DNA of 34,983 nt from Octopus bimaculoides. Its lineage: Eukaryota. The position numbers and the translations under genes were made by a program. How positions within the stretch are numbered: the first letter of the stretch is position 1; every line of letters begins with the position of its first letter. Location: positions 30,305,802-30,340,784 of the forward strand of contig NC_068988.1 in NCBI RefSeq assembly GCF_001194135.2, given 5' to 3'. The notes under the pieces are model-generated. The model was not told where the DNA came from and searched no databases. It worked only from the letters and a program-made list of their open reading frames with translations. Of the stretch, positions 30,352 through 34,983 are shown one piece after another.

Positions 30352-31427
30352 TAGAGAAAGAGATGAGAAATAAGAAGAAGAATAGAGTGAGAACAGAGAG
30401 TAAAGAGAGAAGAAGAGGAGAATAAGGTGAGAAGTTAATGCATGAGAGATAAATAGGAGAGACAAGGAGAGAGAGAAAAAGGAGATAAGAGAAGATAAAA
30501 AAAAAGAGACAAGAGGAGAATGAGAATAGAAGAGAAGAGATGAAGATGATGATGATGATGAGACAATAAGAAAAGAGAAGATAGGAAAAGAGGCAAGGAG
30601 AGAAATTGAGAGAGAACAAGGAGAGACTTGGTGAATAAAAGAGAGAGAGAGAAAATGGAGACTACAAAGAGAGAACAAGAGAGACAAATAGAGTAAGAGA
30701 AAGAGAATAAAAGACAGAGAGAGGTGAGAATTGTGAAGCAGGAAAGTATGGAAATGAAGGAAGAAAGGAGAAGTATGGAGAGAGAGGGAGAAGGGTAGGG
30801 GGAGAGAGAAAATGAAAGAGAGTGAGAGAGAGAATGAAAGAGATAGAAAGCGAGAGAGAGAGAGAGAGAGGGAGAGAAAACGAAAGAGATAGAAAGCGAG
30901 AGAGAGAGGGAGAGAAAATGAAAGAGATAGAAAGCGAGAGAGAGAGAGAGAGAGAAAAGGAAAGCTAGAAAGCGAGAGAAAGAGAGGGGGGGAGAATGAA
31001 AGAGATAGAAAGCGAGAGAGAGAGAGGGAGAGAAAATGAAAGAGATAGAAAGTGAGAGAGAGAGAGAGAGAGAAAGCGAGAGAGAGAGAGGGAGAGAAAA
31101 TGAAAGAGATAGAAAGCGAGAGAGAGAGAGAGAGAGAGAAAAGGAAAGCGAGAAAGAGAGAATGAAAGAGATAGGAAGCGACAGAGAGAGAGAGAAAGAA
31201 AGAAAGAGAGAGCGAGATAGAAAGCGAGAGAGAGAGGGAGAGAAAATGAAAGAGATAGAAAGAAAACGAGAGAGAGAGAAAGCGAGAGAGAGAGGGAGAG
31301 AAAATGAAAGAGATAGAAAGCGAGAGAGAGAGAGAGAAAAGGAAAGCTAGAAAGCGAGAGAAAGAGAGGGGGGAGAGAGAATGAAAGAGATAGGAAGCGA
31401 CAGAGAGAGAAAGAGATAGACAGCGAA

Positions 31428-31458
<31 letters not shown>

Positions 31459-31740
31459 CAGCGAAAGAGAGAGGGAGAGAAAATGAAAGAGATAGAAAGC
31501 GAGAGAGATAGAGAAAATGAAAACGATAGAAAGAAAACGAGAGAGAGAGAGAGAGAGAGAGAAAATGAAAGAGAAAGTAAGGGAGAGAGAGATGCAAGAC
31601 AAGATTAACGATGTGGTGACGGATAAGTGAATTAGCGAGACAATGTGAAGGGGAAGATGGGAGAGAGAGGGGGGAAGACAGAAGAAGAAGAAGAAGAAGA
31701 AGAAGAAGAAGAAGAAGAAGAAGAAGAAGAAGAAGAAGAG
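30283..31740. repeat. Long purine-rich (GA)n/AAAG-type tract with higher-order units, ending in (GAA)n
   Basis: Recurring GAGAGGGAGAGAAAATGAAAGAGATAGAAAGC motif. GGAAAGCTAGAAAGCGAGAGAAAGAGAGGGGGG occurs at about 30959 and about 31341. Confidence 0.95.
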
Positions 31741-32340
31741 TGTGTTTGGGGTCAATAAACTTGCGAACGAGAAACTGAAAGTTAGAAATCTGTAACATTT
31801 TGAAAAAAAAAAANNNNNNNNNNNNNNNNNNNNNNNNNNNNNNNNNNNNNNNNNNNNNNNNNNNNNNNNNNNNNNNNNNNNNNNNNNNNNNNNNNNNNNN
31901 NNNNNNNNNNNNNNNNNNNNNNNNNNNNNNNNNNNNNNNNNNNNNNNNNNNNNNNNNNNNNNNNNNNNNNNNNNNNNNNNNNNNNNNNNNNNNNNNNNNN
32001 NNNNNNNNNNNNNNNNNNNNNNNNNNNNNNNNNNNNNNNNNNNNNNNNNNNNNNNNNNNNNNNNNNNNNNNNNNNNNNNNNNNNNNNNNNNNNNNNNNNN
32101 NNNNNNNNNNNNNNNNNNNNNNNNNNNNNNNNNNNNNNNNNNNNNNNNNNNNNNNNNNNNNNNNNNNNNNNNNNNNNNNNNNNNNNNNNNNNNNNNNNNN
32201 NNNNNNNNNNNNNNNNNNNNNNNNNNNNNNNNNNNNNNNNNNNNNNNNNNNNNNNNNNNNNNNNNNNNNNNNNNNNNNNNNNNNNNNNNNNNNNNNNNNN
32301 NNNNNNNNNNNNNNNNNNNNNNNNNNNNNNNNNNNNNNNC

Positions 32341-32460
32341 CACCACCATAAGCATCATCGCTGCCGCCGCCACCACCATAAGCATCATCGCTGCCGCCGC
32401 CACCACCATAAGCATCATCGCTGACGCCGCCACCACCATAAGCATCATCGCTGCCGCCAT
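32341..32460. repeat. 30-bp minisatellite, 4 visible copies, abutting a gap
   Basis: Unit CACCACCATAAGCATCATCGCTGCCGCCGC at 32341, 32371, 32401 and 32431, with few substitutions. Confidence 0.95.
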
Positions 32461-32489
32461 TAAGACAAATTTCCACCATGAGCGAGGAA

Positions 32490-32700
32490 GTCTTTAACGT
32501 GATCGCTTACCTGCTAGAAATAGCAGTCAAATCTTCCTCAAATCACGCACTACCATCTTAAAAACACGAGACAAGGGATAATGCAGCCGTGATACACTAC
32601 GCCTAGTAAAAAGGCGAGGCGAGCGCGGTTGGAATGCCTTTGATTCTGTTAAATTTGCTCAATCAAGGCCGCCCTGTGGCTGAACAACAATAACACCAGC
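32490..32700. mobile_element. Unclassified interspersed repeat, with a second diverged copy at about 33700-33800
   Basis: TTACCTGCTAGAAATAGCAGTCAAATCTTCCTCAAATCACGCAC versus TTACCTGAGCGGCAAGAAACAGAAGCTAAATTTTCCAAATCACACTC. Confidence 0.5.
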
Positions 32701-33827
32701 AACCGTTTAAGAGTTAATGTGTGCAAATATGATTAACGGTTAATTCCTATTAAGTTTGCTTGTAAAGCAACCGTAACAAAAGTCTGACAAGTTGGGCAGA
32801 ATTGAAGCAAGACTGACTGGCAGACAACGAATGACACTGTTTAGTGTGTCAGAAGCATTGTATGTATGTGTTTATATATGTGGAATATATATATATATGT
32901 TTGTGCAAGTGCGTGTGTGTGTCTATATGACTCTATGTGTGTGCTTGTGTGAAGAAAGCGTATATGTAACCAGGATGTGATACATAGGAAGAAAGTATTA
33001 TTGTATATGTACACACACACACACATACACACACACACACATACACACACACACACACACACACATTCACATGTATTTTATTTCCCGGTTCTGGTCGAAG
33101 ATAATGGCGAAAATAGATGGATTGAGGTAGAGACTGACAGAGAATGAAAGGGGCGGAGGGGTAAGAATTGTGTGGTGAAGATGGATTATATATTTCTGAT
33201 ATAGAATGAGTAAAGAATTATATATTCTCCGTGCACACCAAATTATATATATTATTGTATGTTAAGATGTTTATTTAATCAAAAGGTGTATACAAACACA
33301 TAAATATAGAAGGTACATGCACAAACATTCTCATATACAGTCAGCTATTTTCCATCTGCAAAAACAGATTAACACACACACACACGAATGTATTTGGAAA
33401 CACATGTACAAAGGAAAGCACGTTCATTCATATAATTTGTTTCCCCCTCAATATCTACAAATATACGTGTAGTGTATATTATATTGCATCGTCTTCAGCT
33501 GACAATAAGGAGAAAGAGAAAGTTATAAGGTGTTTTATTATACAGGGTAAATATTTGCTATTACAATGATGCCCCAGCCTTTCCAACTAGCAAGCCGTGT
33601 ACTGCATCTGCCTAAGACATCTGTTGCAATCACTACTAAACCAAATCTGCCATTCTATCTTAACCCCCCAACTTTATGAAACCAGTGAGGTGCCTTCACA
33701 TGGTTACCTGAGCGGCAAGAAACAGAAGCTAAATTTTCCAAATCACACTCCAACACACAAGAAAAACTACATCTTGTAATGTGATCCTTGATGCTGGGCC
33801 TCCTTAGCAGCACTGCAGGCTCATCTG

Positions 33828-33985
33828 CACCCAGCACACTGTGTAAAGTGGTTGGCATTAGGAAGGGCATCCAGCTGTAGAAACCATGCCACAACAGACA
33901 ATTGGAGTCTGGTCAGCTCCTGTCAAACCATCCAACCTATGCCAGCATGGAAAACAGATGTCATATGATAATGATGATGATGATT
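33828..33985 (+). mobile_element. Family C element
   Basis: GCACCCAGCACACTGTGTAAAGTGGTTGGCATTAGGAAGGGCATCCAGCTGTAGAAACC...GCCAGCATGGAAAACAGATG...(GAT)n. Confidence 0.85.
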
Positions 33986-34402
33986 TTGAAAGAAACACAT
34001 TTTAGAAAATTAAAGAAGTGATTTTAAATTCTCACCTACACTTTTCTCTGCAAAATAGGGGTAGTTTATCCTGTTCAGGCTATATTATTAGCATTATTCT
34101 GCGACTGAGAATTTAAAATCACTTCTTTAACTTTCTAAAAGACATCTCAACGCTTCTAAAAGCAAACTTCGTTTGTTTATTTACGTTTGTCGTAATTTGA
34201 ATTTAAACACATTTTAGTATAATAGGTGGCCAAAGTGACCGTGACCTTCGAAGGAATGGTAAATCAGTCTTATAGAACCTTCCAGCCATAATGCCTCACC
34301 CACCTCCTGCTCCATCAATTAACTACTCTTGATAACGTTCTAGAATCCAACTGTTTAGTTAATCTATCACAATAGGTTTTTCTAGTAGCTAAACCTGGGC
34401 AT

Positions 34403-34681
34403 ATGAAGGCATATGACTCAGTGCTTAGGGTGTTGCAGCCTTGATTGCAAGATCAAGGTTTCAATCCCTGGACCAGCTGGTGCATTATGTTCTTGAGCAA
34501 AACACTTCATTTCATGTTGCTTCAGTTCACTAAGTTGTAAATGAGTGACCCTGCAAAGGACTGGCATACTATCCAGGGGAAATGTTGTGATCTCTGTTAC
34601 AGGGTAACTGGCCCAAGGAATCCTAGGACTCAAGACAGTAATGTCCAGGGTTTGATGATGATGATGATGACGATGATGATG
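34403..34681 (+). mobile_element. tRNA-derived SINE with CORE-like segment, Meta/V-like central domain and (GAT)n tail
   Basis: A-box-like TGACTCAGTGC, B-box-like GGTTTCAATCCC, TGTTCTTGAGCAAAACACTTC, CCCTGCAAAGGACTGGCATACTATCCAGGGG, ending in (GAT)n. Confidence 0.65.
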
Positions 34682-34876
34682 AAACAAGGGCACATGCATA
34701 ATTGTCTGGTTAACAAATTTGCTTCTCAACCAACTGTTTCTCGGATTGATTGCGTTTCACTTTGGATAGGTGCATTCCATCACAGACTTAGATCAATGAA
34801 AACCTTTGGTTAATGGGAACTGTGTGTAAACCTGCCAGAAGTACAGTGCCTTGTTACTGGGCAGCAGACATAATTT

Positions 34877-34956
34877 GTGTGAGAGGTAGGATCTGGCCAG
34901 TTTGAACATAAAACAGGTAGAATATTAGAGCCAGATATGGCCAGATTAAATGCTAA
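34877..34956. mobile_element. piggyBac-type MITE, partial right half
   Basis: GTGTGAGAGGTAGGATCTGGCCAGTTTGAACATAAAACAGGTAGAATATT...CCAGATATGGCCAGATTAAATGCTAA matches 9250-9330. Confidence 0.75.
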
Positions 34957-34983
34957 CACCATCACCTTGTGTAGCCCCCCCCC

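Noticed and set aside
32472-32561. Kozak-like CCACCATGA opening MSEEVFNVIAYLL...
   Set aside because: Only 27 codons, and it lies mostly in an interspersed repeat that recurs near 33700.

Overview
Draft-assembly eukaryotic DNA: AT-rich, with 7 N-gaps totalling 2,622 bp. I can support no intact protein-coding gene or true tRNA/rRNA gene; all long ORFs in the track come from N-runs, microsatellites or repeats. The window is intergenic or intronic and dominated by interspersed repeats. The landscape (tRNA-headed SINEs, RTE-type elements ending in (GAT)n, long TCTA/GA/CTA microsatellites) is what I recognise from octopus (coleoid cephalopod) genomes; the taxon is an inference. The family labels are my own. 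A = tRNA-headed SINE starting GGCGCAGGAGTGGCTGTGTGG. B = SINE starting GGCGAGCTGGCAGAA. C and C2 = RTE-like 3' tail elements ending TTAAA(TGA)n. D and D' = tRNA-headed SINEs sharing one 3' body. Also present: two decayed RTE LINE ORF2 fossils, a TTAA-flanked piggyBac-type MITE family, an hAT-type MITE, and several nested insertions with clean target-site duplications (TSDs). The most interesting signal is a minimal type I hammerhead ribozyme of the Penelope-like kind on the minus strand at 1889-1934. It sits downstream of a tRNA-type B box, suggesting a Pol III SINE carrying a ribozyme.
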